Origin: Eledone cirrhosa
Taxonomy: Eukaryota
Length of the DNA: 64,000 nucleotides
Direction: 5' to 3'
NCBI GenBank assembly: GCA_964016885.1
Contig: OZ024744.1
Coordinates: 58,590,001 to 58,654,000, forward strand
In this document: piece after piece, positions 25,148 through 38,378 of the stretch
Layout of the letters: each line of letters begins with the position of its first letter
How positions within the stretch are numbered: the first letter of the stretch is position 1
Program-made: the position numbers and the translations under genes
Notes under the pieces: model-generated
Seen by the model: only the letters and a program-made list of their open reading frames with translations
Database searches by the model: none
What the model was told of the DNA's origin: nothing

Positions 25148-25312
25148 TTATTTAACCCATAAATGGGGCCCTAACAGGTACTTCTGCTCCGGGCCAGAGC
25201 AGAGCTGGGAGTTATAACAACTAAGGGGTAACTCTACATTCCCCACAGGTCCTGAACTCCCGAACTGGAGCCTTGCCATTGGATACAGTTTAATGTCATA
25301 CCCAGGACGCCT
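25148..25312 (-). mobile_element. Probable SINE fragment of another family
   Basis: gggccctaacaggtact...ctggagccttgccatt.gatacagtttaatgtcatacccaggac resembles an interspersed repeat I recall from octopus DNA. Single copy in this window. Confidence 0.4.
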
Positions 25313-25851
25313 ATAACATTTGTTATACTGTCTCACTTGGCCGTATTAGCCATGGCCAGGTACTTAGGCTCTAGATTATTTGGGGGATCCTCTGCTGTTT
25401 CAATCCTATAGCAACAGCAACAAACAAAAATTTGACCAGACCCTTGTCTCTGTGGATGGAGTTAGGGGTGTCCCTCGGCATGAACCTAGAGAACTTTATG
25501 AAAAATACTCTCATGAATGCGATGATGATATAGCAGGAGATATGTCCTAATTATTCTCGAAACGTCCTGTTAATAACAATCCGTGTCATAACAATGAAAA
25601 GAACGGAAGAGAGACTGCTGTGTTACGACCGAACACCTTACCGGGATTGATATTTCAATTCAGACATTTTTTTTCTACTTTGTTATTATGATTATTTTTA
25701 TGCATATTTTATTATATATATATATATTTTTAAAACTTTTGCTTTTGTATCGTTTATGTACAAAACACCGCACCTTTGTGTGTTTGTGTATATACGTGTA
25801 TATATTACACACACACATACACACGCACATATATATGTGCGTGTGTGTGTG

Positions 25852-25935
<84 letters not shown>

Positions 25936-25971
25936 ATATATGTATATATACATATATACATATATACATAT

Positions 25972-26105
25972 CGGCGAATTGGCAGAGTCGTTTGAACCTC
26001 AGCTCTCTGTGCTCTAAGTTCAAATCCCACCGGGGTAAACTTTGCCCTTCATCCATTCCAGGTCGATAAAAAAAAAGTACCAGTCTAGTACTGAGGTCGA
26101 TTCTT
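25972..26105 (+). mobile_element. tRNA-derived SINE fragment
   Basis: tggcagagtcgtt, gttcaaatccc, cttcatccattccaggtcgataaaa..gtacc. Confidence 0.7.
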
Positions 26106-26981
26106 CCTCTATATCTCTTTCTCACTTCCTTTCTCTCACTCTCTCTATCCTTCTCTGGAAGAAATCTACTGTATTCAGAGCTGGAGAGGAGATTGGATCA
26201 ACCGGGTTTTAAAAAAGGCCCCAAAATCGCCGTATATTAATACAACGCCCCTACGACTCCTTCAGAGGTTACGGCACAATGCATGCGTATATGTATATGT
26301 ATATGTAAATATGTATATATGTATGTGTGTGTATATGTATTTCTTTCTTACTGCTTCCCCTTTCTCTGTGTATCTCACTTTCTTTTTACCCCCTCTGCCA
26401 GTCACTCTCTCAGTTAGCCTCTTCCTCACACTTTCACTCACTCACTCTCTGCTACTCCCTCTCCATCACTTCCTCCCGTTTGACCTGTGTGAAATCCTTT
26501 TCTCGCTCACATTTCACCCAGGTTGGATTGTCTTTATCTCTCGCCTACGATTTCACAGAACTTAAGTTCATCGATTTCAGGGACGTGACTCCTTCTTCCT
26601 CACTTTTCGTTCCATTACCATCTTTGTTTGTTTACATGTCTCGCTCGTTTCACCCTATTTTACGTGTCCCAACGACTTTCTTTAGCCGTTGCTCGCACCA
26701 ACCAGAGGTATATGATCTTTAAAGCCATGAAATACCAATGAAGGATGGAAGATCACTGATGAAGGACTAATTTTATTCATATATATACACAAAACGAAGG
26801 AAGTGTGGGCGAAGGAAGTGGTTGGGCGTGCATGGCCACTGGCATATCACAATGATTGCATAACTGCACCAATGATTGCGAAAGCAACTGACGAAGTCAC
26901 ATGAATAACCATGTAATAAACAATTATGGTGAATTAATCCCGTCTTAACTACCATTATTTGATATACATATATATATATAT

Positions 26982-29900
26982 CTTTCTTTATTTGCCACAA
27001 AAGTGGGACATTACAAGACGTGACGACGGGGGTTTTACATAAAATCTTTAACAATGATAAATAACAATAAACTATATAATAATAAAACAATATTGAAATC
27101 CCCATTGGGGGGGGGGGGGTAACGCTACTGCGGGGTTGTTTTACACCCCGTGGATAGAACAACCCTCAACACCAGGAACACGTTTTGTAGGTGTTCCCGT
27201 CTTCCCTCTGTTTATCTTCCTCAACATACAGGTTTATATACAGAGAAGGCCCATTCTCCCGGGCCATTTTCGCCACATTCACCCACCTTTCAGCGAATTT
27301 ACTGGGGTGTAGCACCTCTCTCTCTACTCTCACCTTCCTTCTGAAGTGGTATTTAAAGAAGGGGATGAGTTGTTGTCCAGAGAGAAAGGTGTTTGCCCTC
27401 AGTCCTTTTAACCTCGTCCACCATATTACCTCTTTCGTCATAGCCACCAGACAGAGAAAAATCGCCTCTCCTTCATTCTTAAATGAAGGTGGCGAGGTGA
27501 TCCTCACGATGGACTCGGCTGACAACTGGATGCGTCCTACGCGTGACTGTAGCTGTTCGACATAATTCCATAGGTCGGATACTCCTGGGCACTGAACAAT
27601 TGCGTGCAGAACGGTTTCGATGTCCTGCTCGCATCTTGGACAGGTCCTCTTGGCAGGATCTCTTCCAGGGCGTCCGTGCCTGTAGAGTTTGTCTCGAACT
27701 GGTAGAGCTCCTCAGTAGCACTGCCAGGCCAATGACCTCTGGAAGTTATCCATAGGCCCTTGGCGGAAAGTCCTCCCGAACAGACTGGTCAGTTCGTCTT
27801 CCTCGATGCCTAGAATTTCCCCGAGAACCTCGTCGCACTTATCCTCCACTAATCCCTATAGAATGTCGAAGTGGAGTCTCCGCTGATTGCCGTTTCCACT
27901 TGGTCAAGGGCTGTGAGCGCCTGAAAGCACTCGAGGTGCCAGGCGCCCATTTTCGGTCTTCGATTGACCCAGGACTGCAGCTCTGTTAGTTAGACGAGTT
28001 GTGGAAAAGCTCGTCTTACAAACGACAGCCACGCCGGTTCGCCGGTCAGGAATACCTGGAGACGGCGTAGCCTCAGCGCGTGTTTGCACATCATCAGCTA
28101 CGGCATGCCCAGCCCTCCGTTAGAAAAGTGTTGATAGCAGATGGATCTCCTCACCAATGGAGCCTGTTTCTTCCAGAAGAACTTAAAGAGTAGGCGTTCC
28201 ATTTTGGTGAGGTATTCGCGGGGACAAGGCACGACTGTCAAGCGGTAGTAGATGACGGACGCTATGTAAGCGTTCGCCACCTCCGCTCGACCTTTCAAGG
28301 AGAGTTTGCACTCATCCCACTTCTGGGTGAGTGCAAACACCCCGAGCAATTTCACCGGTCCTTCCGTCCAGCGTCCAACGACACTATCAGAAGGCATGGG
28401 TTTGCCTCTCCATGTGCCGAGTTGCAAACCGACAGACTTGTTTCGGCTTAGTCTTGCTCCTGTCAACGGTTCGTATTCCTGTAATAGGTTGCCGATTACT
28501 CCGATATTGGTGTGCATGGCAGCGATCCAGCCTCTGAAGACGGGACCGAAGCCGGCCGCCTTGAGAACCGCTTCCAAGTATTGATGGTCGACCCTATCAA
28601 ATGCTTTAGACTGATCTAAATTGATCAGAGCCCCACCGAAGCCAGGTTTACACACCACCCTCTCTATGATGTATCGCATGAGGTGGAGGTTGTCGTGTAT
28701 GCACCTGGTCGTGATTGCACACGTTTGCGCTTCCCCTACCAGGTTCTCGACCACAAGCGCCAGCCTAGCTGCTAACACATTGGCCAAAATCTTTAACTGT
28801 GCTGAGCAGAGCTATGGGCCTGAAATTGCTTATCTCATTCCCCTTGTTCTCATCTTTCCTGATCAACGTTACTACGCCTCTACCTACAGAACTGAGAATC
28901 CTCCTGTTCTGCTGCCAGTTGCAGTAGACCGCTTCGAGAACGCCAGAGAACAAGTCTGGCATGCCTATGTAAAACTCATAGGGTAGACCATCTAAACCGG
29001 GTGATTTGCGTTTCCCGCAGCGGCCTAGGTCATCTTCTATTTCGCCCGCTGTGATAGGCCTTTCGCAGCTTTCTGCATCCGTGCTCGAGAGTCGTGGTAC
29101 GCCGTTGAGGTAGGAGCTGAAGTCCATCACCTCCCTTGACGTACCGCTTTGCCTGAACAGTTGTGCAAAATGCTGCTGGAAGTCCGTGCACATTTGCTTG
29201 GATTCAAGTAGAATGCGTCCATCTTTGTCTTGCAAAGACCGAATTGTGGATTTATTGCCACTTTTCGCCTCTGCCACTCGGGCCCAGCTAACAGCTTTGG
29301 CTCCCTCGTTTCTTAGAACACGTGTTCTACTTCTGAGAATACAACCTTCGTGTTTCACGTTGACGAACTGGTCTAGTGCCGTTCTCGCCGCTAGCACGTC
29401 AGCTGTACTGCCATTCTTAAGTGCCTCTTCTACTTTAGCTACCAGTTCCTTTTCGGTTTTGTTTTTTTCTAAAGCTACTTCCTTGCTAAATGCTATCGAT
29501 TCTATTCTAATTGCTCTCTTGAGAGAGCTCCACCACCTGTTGTTGACGATCGCCCCCGTCAACAGGCACTTAACTAAGGTGCTAATCTGTTTACTGTAGG
29601 CCTTACGTGCCGGAAGCGACATGTTTAGCTTCCAGTATCCGGGTCCCTGTCTATGTGTTCTATCAAGCTTGACTATGCAGGTGACTAATTTGTGGTCTGA
29701 ATAAGCAACCATGTGCATTTGTGGACAGCTTAATATTTCCTTATCATTCTGTCTAATTAAAAATCTATCTAAATACGATCTAGAAGACCCAGTGCGGTTG
29801 CTCCATGTCCACAGTGGTGCACTTGGGAAGTCTAGTCGATATCTATCAGCCAGTTGGAATTGGCTAATGAGATTTGTTTAGGCTATTACACCCCCCTCTA

Positions 29901-31247
29901 TTATCACAAGCTCCTACATTGTCCCAACGTGCATCTAAGATGCCATTCCAGTCCCCCGCTAACGCTAAGGAGTGAGACGTTCCCAGGAATGGCTTCAGAC
30001 GCTTGAAGAACTCTGGTCGCGATATCCCAGTCGGGGCATATACGGCCACCAGTCTGAAAGCTCCACCTTCACTGCCATTCACGTCCAGGACCACCAAGCT
30101 GCCCTCCGAGTCCAAGTGAATTGTCTGTGCTTTGAGATCCAAGTGTTTTCGAAACAGAACAGCAACTCCTCCTCCACCTCCTGGCTGACAGAGAGATGCG
30201 TAGATCTCAAAGTCATCGAACATGGGGGTTAGCTGCTGCTTGTCGTGAATCCTGGACTCGGTGATGGCTATCACATCTATACAATGAGACCTGAGATCAT
30301 TTAAAAGCTGGCCCTGTTTCCATGGCATTTCCAGACCACGTACATTCAGACATCCAACTTGTATAGTCGCCATGTTGGTGAAGAAGAGTTAGGGAGAGAT
30401 AAGGCAGGAACACTTACCTTTTCGTTTCCTGGAGGTCGGGTTGTTCGATCTCCATGTCCAGATTGAGGATGTTTGGGGAGGGAGGGAATCCTTTTAGCAG
30501 GACATGGTTAAGGGGTTTTTGGCAAGGGGGAGCCCACATCATGTGGGAAGGTCCCTTTCAATCTTTCATGTTGTAGGGTTGTTACCCTGATCAGTTTGAG
30601 GTTTGGGGGGTGGGTCGTTGGTGGGGAAGGTTTTCCCTTCCGTTTGGATAGTAGGGTCATTTCGGACAGTTTCTACTAGTTCTTTGTTTTTTTATCTTTA
30701 TGTATGTGTAATGTGTTTTGTTTTATATGTGTACTGTTTCTGTTTGTAGTTTTTTTTTTTGTGGTTGGGGTTTGTGATTGTGGTGGTGTGGGTGTTTGTT
30801 TTGTTGGTGAAGTGTTTGGTGGTGATTGGGCTGTTGGTGTGTTTGTCGTTTGTGGCGGTGTATTTATGGTGGGCTGGGGTGTATGCGTGTTTTATGTAGA
30901 TGTTTTTGTTTTTTGGAATTTTGGGGTTCCTCTTCATTCTCACTTGGAGATGTTGAGGTTCCCGTGTCTGAGACTTCTGAATCAGGGGTAGATGGGCGGG
31001 GTATGTTGTGTGGTGGAGTGTTTGTGCAGGTGTTTGTGGAAGTATTTGACAGGAAGGGAGGAGGCAATGGATGGTTTTTCAGTGGGATTTTGTGTGTGTG
31101 GTTGTCTCTGGTCTGTGGTGGTGTGGGAGTGGATATTGCAGGTTTTTGTGTTGTGTTTGGTTTGGGGTGTTGATATTGGGGTTTTGGTGTTGGTAAAAAC
31201 ACCTTGTTCGTCCTCGATTTGTTTAAGAGGGGAAAAAAGGCCTTTAA
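26982..31247 (-). mobile_element. Degenerate Tx1/L1-clade LINE (sister family), 5'-truncated in ORF1
   Basis: ORF2 fragments: APE 29864-30373 (MATIQVGCLNVRG, VYAP, GDWN), 28765-29718 (SDH, GYWKLN, KSPGLDG), RT 28098-28787 (DQSKAFDRV, with the QG/YADD segment deleted), C-terminus 27166-27525. The 3' end AATAAAGAAAG abuts (AT)7. Confidence 0.9.
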
Positions 31248-31316
31248 GACACACATACATACATACATACATACATACATACATACATACATACATACAT
31301 ACATACATACATACAT

Positions 31317-31926
31317 GGTGGCTGCCAACTCGTTTTCGAGTACGGCCACTACTTTATATCCATGTAGGAGAACCCCTACCGATGCGCTGAACGAGTGTGA
31401 CTTTTTAGTCCAGCCAGCGACTTGAAAACTCTGGTACAAACACTACACTTGTGACAATTATTGACACATAGTGCTGGGCCCATGGTAACACGTGACGACA
31501 AGTGCAGAGAGATCTCCAGATATAAAGCAATGCCTGTGCCGTGAAGCTTTTATAGTGGGCAAAGGCACTGCACAAAGCCAGTCCCACTCTCTTAACCAAG
31601 ATGATATTTACCAAAAAGAAGAACAAGTCAACATCATTGGATATCATCAAGTTTGCAGGTGTTATATCAGAGTTTTCCTTCTCCTAAAATTCTGCCTTGA
31701 CAAAGGCTAAGGGGTCATCTCTCCCGGTGATTTTTGGATGGCCATTGACTCTTAAGAGCTCCTTTGCCCTTTTCCAGGTTTTGTTTTTAGTCCTGCAAGA
31801 TGTCCAAAGCCACCCTCCTCACCAAGAAACCTTGGTGGGGTTGCCAGTTTAGTCGCCAATGACCCGACTATGAGACAGGTTGTACTGGGATACATGTTAC
31901 CAGTAGCACCAACTGGTGACCTGACA
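31317..31926 (-). mobile_element. RTE-derived N1 element, full length
   Basis: Matches 787-1390. Tail at 31253-31316. Confidence 0.8.
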
Positions 31927-31997
31927 TATATACATATATATATACACACACACATACACACACACATATACATATATATATATATATATGTATATAC

Positions 31998-32630
31998 CAT
32001 CATCACCACCATCATCAACGCTTAACGTCCGTGTTCCACGCTTGCATGGGTTTGAACGGGGGTAGTCCCACTTGAGGCAAGAGTGATTATCTTGCTCGCA
32101 TAGGACTATCTGGCGGGTTTTCTACAGCTGGATGCCCTTCCTAACACCAACCACATTTACAGTGTGGAGCTGGGAGGTTTTTACCGTGTTGCCTACACGG
32201 CCACATTACAGCGTGGACTGTCTGGCGGGTTTTCTACAGCTGGATGCCCTTCCTAACACCAACCACATTTACAGTGTGGGGCTGGGAGGTTTTTACCGTG
32301 TTGCCTACACGGCCACATTACAGCGTGAACTGTGTGTTTTTTGACGTGACACCTACACGATCTCATTTGTTTCGGCCTGGATGTTGTGGCACCAACATAA
32401 CTTTACATTGAAAGGGGCGGTGTGGATGGGGTGGGGGTGGTGGGACAGGGGTGTATTTTGTTAGAGATGCCTACTGACTGTAGTAGGTTTTACTTAGCAT
32501 TTAGGTAAGGCGGGTCTTCTCTATTACTGAGTACCGCCAAAGATCTCGGTCCAGTGACATTGTCTTGGTGAGGTGTAAGTGTGTGAGGTCGGAATTTATC
32601 AGCTCGTCCCAGGTTTTTCTGGGTCTGCCT
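31998..32630 (-). mobile_element. 3' end of an RTE-clade LINE with (GAT)n tail and ~112 bp internal duplication
   Basis: [22 protein letters not shown]-terminus. ggttggtgttaggaagggcatccagctgtagaaa is duplicated (32109, 32221). Ends ggacgttaagcgttgatgatgg. Confidence 0.7.
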
Positions 32631-32903
32631 ATATACATATATACATACACATATATATATATACATATACATATATACATATACATACATATATACATAC
32701 ACATACATATATACATACACATATATATACACACACACATCTATACACATATATTACATATATACATGTATATATACATACATATATACACATATATATA
32801 CGCATATATATATATGGACATATATATACATATACATATACATATATATATACGTATATATACACATGGACATACACATACATATACATATACATATATA
32901 TAC

Positions 32904-32936
<33 letters not shown>

Positions 32937-33146
32937 CACATATATACATATACACATACACACACATACACACATACATACATATACACATACATATATA
33001 TATATGGAGGCACATGGTTTAGTGGTTAGAGCATTGGCCTTGCAATCAAAAAGTTGTCAGTTCAACTCTCAGACATACATACATACATACATACATACAT
33101 ACATACATACATACATACATACATACATACGTACATACATACATAT

Positions 33147-33659
33147 GGTGGCTGCCAACTCGTTTTCTAGTACGGCCACTACTTTATATCCATGTAGGAG
33201 AACCCCTACCGATGCGCTGAACGAGTGTGACTTTTTAGTCCAGCCAGCGACTTGAAAACTCTGGTACAAACACTACACTTGTGACAATTATTGTCACATA
33301 GTGCTGGGCCCATGGTACCATGTGACGACAAGTGCAGAGAGATCTCCAGATATAAAGCAATGCCTGTGCCGTGAAGCTTTTATAGTGAGCAAAGGCACTG
33401 CACAAAGCCAGTCCCACTCTCTTAACCAAGATGATATTTACCAAAAAGAATAACATGTCAATATCATTGGATACCATCAGAGTTGCAGGTGTTATATCAG
33501 AGTTTTCCTTCTCCTAGAATTCTGCCTTGACAAAGGCTAGGAGGTCATCTCTCCCACTGATTTTGGATGGCCATTGACTCTTAAGAGCTCCCTTGGCCTT
33601 TGACAGGTTTTGTTTTTAGTCCTGCAGGATGTCCAAAGTCACCCTCCTCACCAAGAAAC
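33147..33659 (-). mobile_element. RTE-derived N1 element, 5'-truncated
   Basis: Matches 787-1292. (TACA)n on both sides. Confidence 0.8.
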
Positions 33660-33689
33660 ATACATACATACATACATACATACATACAG

Positions 33690-34143
33690 ACATTGGAAAA
33701 TCCTATTCAATATTCGAAGATAAAAGAAATGGACCAATTTATAGAGAAAGTTGTACATGGGTACCTGAGACGAAGCACACAGACCATAGAGGGAATAAAT
33801 CATTCAAAAAGCCTGGCATGGAGTTCCGACAAGTTTATAACATCCCACCTTGAAGGATATCTTTATGCAATATAGGAACAAGAAATCCTGACCAAATATC
33901 TGCTACACAAAAGAGGAGGGCCATCAGTGGACAATAAATGTAGGCTATGTAAAACAAAGTTCGAAGATGTTAGCCACATTGTTGCCAACTGTGAAAGAAT
34001 GTCGTCTCGTTACTGCCTTCCAATGAGACACCATGTGATAGCTAGAACCATCTGGAACGCACTTAGGAAAACAAAATTAAAAACAAATGAGGAGGAATAT
34101 GTTGAGATAGATGACACTAAAGAATACTGGTGGAACCTGAAAA
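33690..34143 (+). mobile_element. Internal fragment of R4/Dong-like RLE element
   Basis: Homologous to 35680-36135 (VHGYL, CRLC..HIV..C, EYWWNLK). Starts directly after (CATA)n. Confidence 0.85.
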
Positions 34144-34149
34144 TATATA

Positions 34150-34375
34150 CACATATACATATTTATATACATATTTACACACTTTTGGATGGCCGTTAAC
34201 TTTTATGAGTTCTTCCGGCCTTTGTCAGGTTTTGTTTTTGTCCTGCAGCGTGTCCAAAATCACCCTCCTCACCAAGTTAACTTGGTGGGGTTGCCAGTTT
34301 AGTCGCCGACGACCCAACCATACGACAGGTTTTACTGGGTTACATGTTACCAGTAGCACTCAAGAGTGACCCGAC
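34150..34375 (-). mobile_element. RTE-derived N2 element 5' end
   Basis: Matches 8245-8460. Confidence 0.65.
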
Positions 34376-34436
34376 ATACATACATACATACATACATACA
34401 TACATACATACATACATACATACATACATACATACA

Positions 34437-34468
<32 letters not shown>

Positions 34469-34489
34469 CATATATACATACATACTTAA

Positions 34490-36568
34490 CCTGTTCTTAC
34501 AGGGTGCCTTAACCTGTTCTTACATGATCACTGTGCTACCAACAACATCATAACACCTGAGCAGGCTGGTGGAAAGAGGGAGGTGAGGGGTTGCATAGAT
34601 CACCTACTAACTAATAAAATGATTCAAGAAAAAACAACAATCGCAGAAACATGACTGGACTATCAAAAACATGGCTGGACTATCAAAAAGCATTTGATAG
34701 TGTACCTCATGGGGGTATTGTTAAGGCTTTACAGTTAGCCAAAGTCCCACAACCACTGGTAGCTGCTGTTGAACGTCTGACCAAGAACTGGTACACCAAT
34801 TTGATCCTTAGAGGTGAGAAGGAGCAGGTTAAGACTGATAAGATACATTACCAGAAGGGCATCTTTCAGGGTGATAGCTTGTCAGTGCTACTCTTCGTTC
34901 TCTCACTAAATCCACTATCTTACCTACTCAGGAAACAAGGTGGACAAAGAAGTGGGTCCAGAAGTATCTCCCATCTTTTCTTTGTTGATGACCTGAAGTT
35001 GTATGGGCCAAATATCAATGACATTAAGAAACAATTGGACCTCATTACACAATTTTCAACAGACATCAAAATGAAATTTGGGGAGTCCAAGTGTGCATAT
35101 TTGGCAGTAAAACGTGGAAGAGCTGTGCCCTCCTCTAGAAATCTAGAGATGAACGGCTTGACAATACAACCTCTAGAGTCAGGTGACAACTACAGATATC
35201 TTGGACAGGATGAGAATGTCAGATATGATGGACCCATAAATAAGGAGAGAACCAGAACTGAATACTTCAGAAGAGTAAAGAAAATATGGTCATCAGAACT
35301 GTCAGCGTACAACAAATACATTACCCACAATACTTATGCTGTACCAATACTAACGCCAACATTTGGCTTGCTGAACTGGTCATTGCAAGAACTAAGTGAG
35401 ATGGATGTTAGAACTCACAAACTTCTCAGTGTTACTGGGAACTTTAATATCAATGGTGATGTGGATAGGCTATACTTCTCACGCAAGGAAGGTGGCCGGG
35501 GTCTAAAATCCATATTAACATCATATGAGACCCGGATAGTAACACTGAAGCAACATCTTCAACAGAGGAAAAAGGTTGGCAACCATCTTGCCCAGGTTTA
35601 TGAGCATGAAAAAAATATATCATTATGATCTGGAGGAGAGATATGGAATAAAGCCTGATATAAATCTCTCACCCAGAGAAATCGGAAGATCCTATTCAAT
35701 GTTCAAACAAGATGAAAAAATTGACCAATTTACAGAAAAAGTTGTGCATGGATACTTGAGGCATAAAACACAGACCATAGAGGGGATAAACCACTCAAAA
35801 AGCCTGGCATGGAGTTCCGACAAGTTTATGACATCACACCTTCAGGGATATCTCAATGCAATACAGGAACAAGAACTCCCTACCAAATATCTGCTGCACA
35901 AAAGAGGAGGGCCATCAGCTGACAATAAATGTAGGCTATGTAAAACAAAAATCGAGGATGTAAGCCACATTGTTGCTAGCTGCGAAAGAATGTCATCTCG
36001 CTACTACCTCCCCATGAGACACGATGGGATAGCTAGCACCATCTGTAACGCACTTTGGAAAACAAAATTAACAACAAACGAGGAAGAATATATTGAGACA
36101 GGTGGCACTAAAGAATACTGGTGGAATCTGAAAATAAAAACTGCCACCAAATTAAAGCACAACCGGCCTGATATTGTTGTTTGGGACCACACATTGAAAA
36201 CGTGTTCTGTTGTGGAGATCAGCTGCCCACTTGATGTAAACGTTGTCGGAAAAATACAGGAGAAGGAGGACATCTACGGACCATTGATGAGGAGTTTACA
36301 AATCCAGTATCCAAGATACACCTTTAGCTTCATACCCATCATTATTGGAGCTACGGGTTATATACCAACCCGCTTGGACCAAAGTATGACTGTACTTGGA
36401 TTTGCGGACAAAAAGCGCAGCTCCCTAATTCATAGTCTACAAATGGCTGCGATAGCTGGCACCTTCAAAATTTGCAAAACATTCTTGCGATTCAAGGGAT
36501 GACAATTTCTTTTCTTTTACAACCTTGCCGGTCAAAAAAATATACGCGAAATTAAGATAAAGAGATAA
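34490..36568 (+). mobile_element. R4/Dong-like RLE non-LTR retrotransposon, 5'-truncated, flanked by (CATA)n
   Basis: RT 34651-35628 (WLDYQKAFDSVPH, GIFQGDSLS, LFFVDD, GGRGL). Frameshift ~35612. CCHC finger CRLC..HIVASC, then RHD, KHNRPDIVV and EISCP to the stop at 36502. Confidence 0.9.
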
Positions 36569-36574
36569 CATACA

Positions 36575-36824
36575 TGATGGCTGCCAACTCGTTTTCGAGT
36601 ACGGCCACTACTTTATATCCATATAGGAGAACCCCTATCGATGCACTGAACGAGTGTGACTTTTTAGTCCAGCCAGCGACTTGAAAACTCTGGTACAAAC
36701 ACTACACTTGTGACAATTATTGACACAGTGCTGGGCCCATGGTACCATGTGATGACAAGTGCAGAGAGATCCCCAGATATAAAGCAATGCCTGTGCCGTG
36801 AAACTTTTATAGTGAGCAAAGGCA
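36575..36824 (-). mobile_element. RTE-derived N1 element, 3' fragment
   Basis: Matches 787-1037. Encodes [25 protein letters not shown]. Confidence 0.8.
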
Positions 36825-36897
36825 CATACATACATACATACATACATACATACATACATACATACATACATACATACATACATACATACATACATAC

Positions 36898-38378
36898 GTA
36901 TGGATCTCATTACCCAATTTTCTACAGACACTGGGAGGAAATTTGGTGAATCATTTTTGACAATAAAATTTTTGACAATAAAATGTGGAAAAGTTGTGTC
37001 CTCCTCTGGAAATCTAAAAATGAACAGTCTGACAATACAACCTCTAAAGTGAGGTGACAACTACAATTACCTTGGACAGGATAAGACTGTCAGATATGAT
37101 GGACCTATAAATAAGGAGAGAACTAGGAATGAACAGTCTGACAACCTCTACAGTGAGGTGACAACTACAGATACCTTGGACAGGATAAGACTGTCAGATA
37201 TGATGGACCTATAAATAAGGAGAGAACTAGGAATGAACAGTCTGACAACCTCTACAGTGAGGTGACAACTACAGATACCTTGGACAGGATAAGACTGTCA
37301 GATATGATGGACCTATAAATAAGGAGAGAACTAGGAATGAACAGTCTGACAATACAACCTCTACAGTGAGGTGACAACTACAATTACCTTGGACAGGATA
37401 AGACTGTCAGATATGATGGACCTATAAATAAGGAGAGAACTAGGAATGAACAGTCTGACAACCTCTACAGTGAGGTGACAACTACAGATACCTTGGACAG
37501 GATAAGACTGTCAGATATGATGGACCTATAAATAAGGAGAGAACTAGGAATGAACAGTCTGACAATACAACCTCTACAGTGAGGTGACAACTACAATTAC
37601 CTTGGACAGGATAAGACTGTCAGATATGATGGACCTATAAATAAGGAGAGAACTAGGAATGAACAGTCTGACAATACAACCTCTACAGTGAGGTGACAAC
37701 TACAATTACCTTGGACAGGATAAGACTGTCAGATATGATGGACCTATAAATAAGGAGAGAACTAGGAATGAACAGTCTGACAACCTCTACAGTGAGGTGA
37801 CAACTACAATTACCTTGGACAGGATAAGACTGTCAGATATGATGGACCTATAAATAAGGAGAGAACTAGGAATGAACAGTCTGACAACCTCTACAGTGAG
37901 GTGACAACTACAGATACCTTGGACAGGATAAGACTGTCAGATATGATGGACCTATAAATAAGGAGAGAACTAGGAATGAACAGTCTGACAATACAACCTC
38001 TACAGTGAGGTGACAACTACAATTACCTTGGACAGGATAAGACTGTCAGATATGATGGACCTATAAATAAGGAGAGAACTAGGAATGAACAGTCTGACAA
38101 CCTCTACAGTGAGGTGACAACTACAGATACCTTGGACAGGATAAGACTGTCAGATATGATGGACCTATAAATAAGGAGAGAACCAAGAATGTAAACCTCA
38201 GGAGAGTAAAGGTATTATGGTCTTCAGAACTCTCGACACAAAACAAAGACATTGCCCATAATATGTTTAGTGTACCCACAATAAAACTAACATTTGACCT
38301 GAACTGGTCATTGCAAAAAATGAACAAGATGGACTTGAAAGCTGATCAGTGTTACTGGAAACTTTAACATCAATGGAG
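36898..38378 (+). mobile_element. Degenerate R4/Dong-like RT fragment containing an internal tandem array
   Basis: 36900-37020 matches 35035-35150. 38180-38378 matches 35248-35457. Confidence 0.8.
37019..38187 (+). repeat. Minisatellite, 11 units of 104/109 bp
   Basis: Unit starts at 37019, 37128, 37232, 37336, 37445, 37549, 37658, 37767, 37871, 37975 and 38084. Confidence 0.95.

Noticed and set aside
24535-25575. Hammerhead-like remnants GTGAAGA-gatata/tatatc-GTAA and ATGATGA...GAAACGTC
   Set aside because: Core mismatches and no convincing stem I.
37019-38187. Regular array resembling a CRISPR locus
   Set aside because: No unique spacers, the unit derives from LINE RT sequence, the context is eukaryotic and there are no cas genes.
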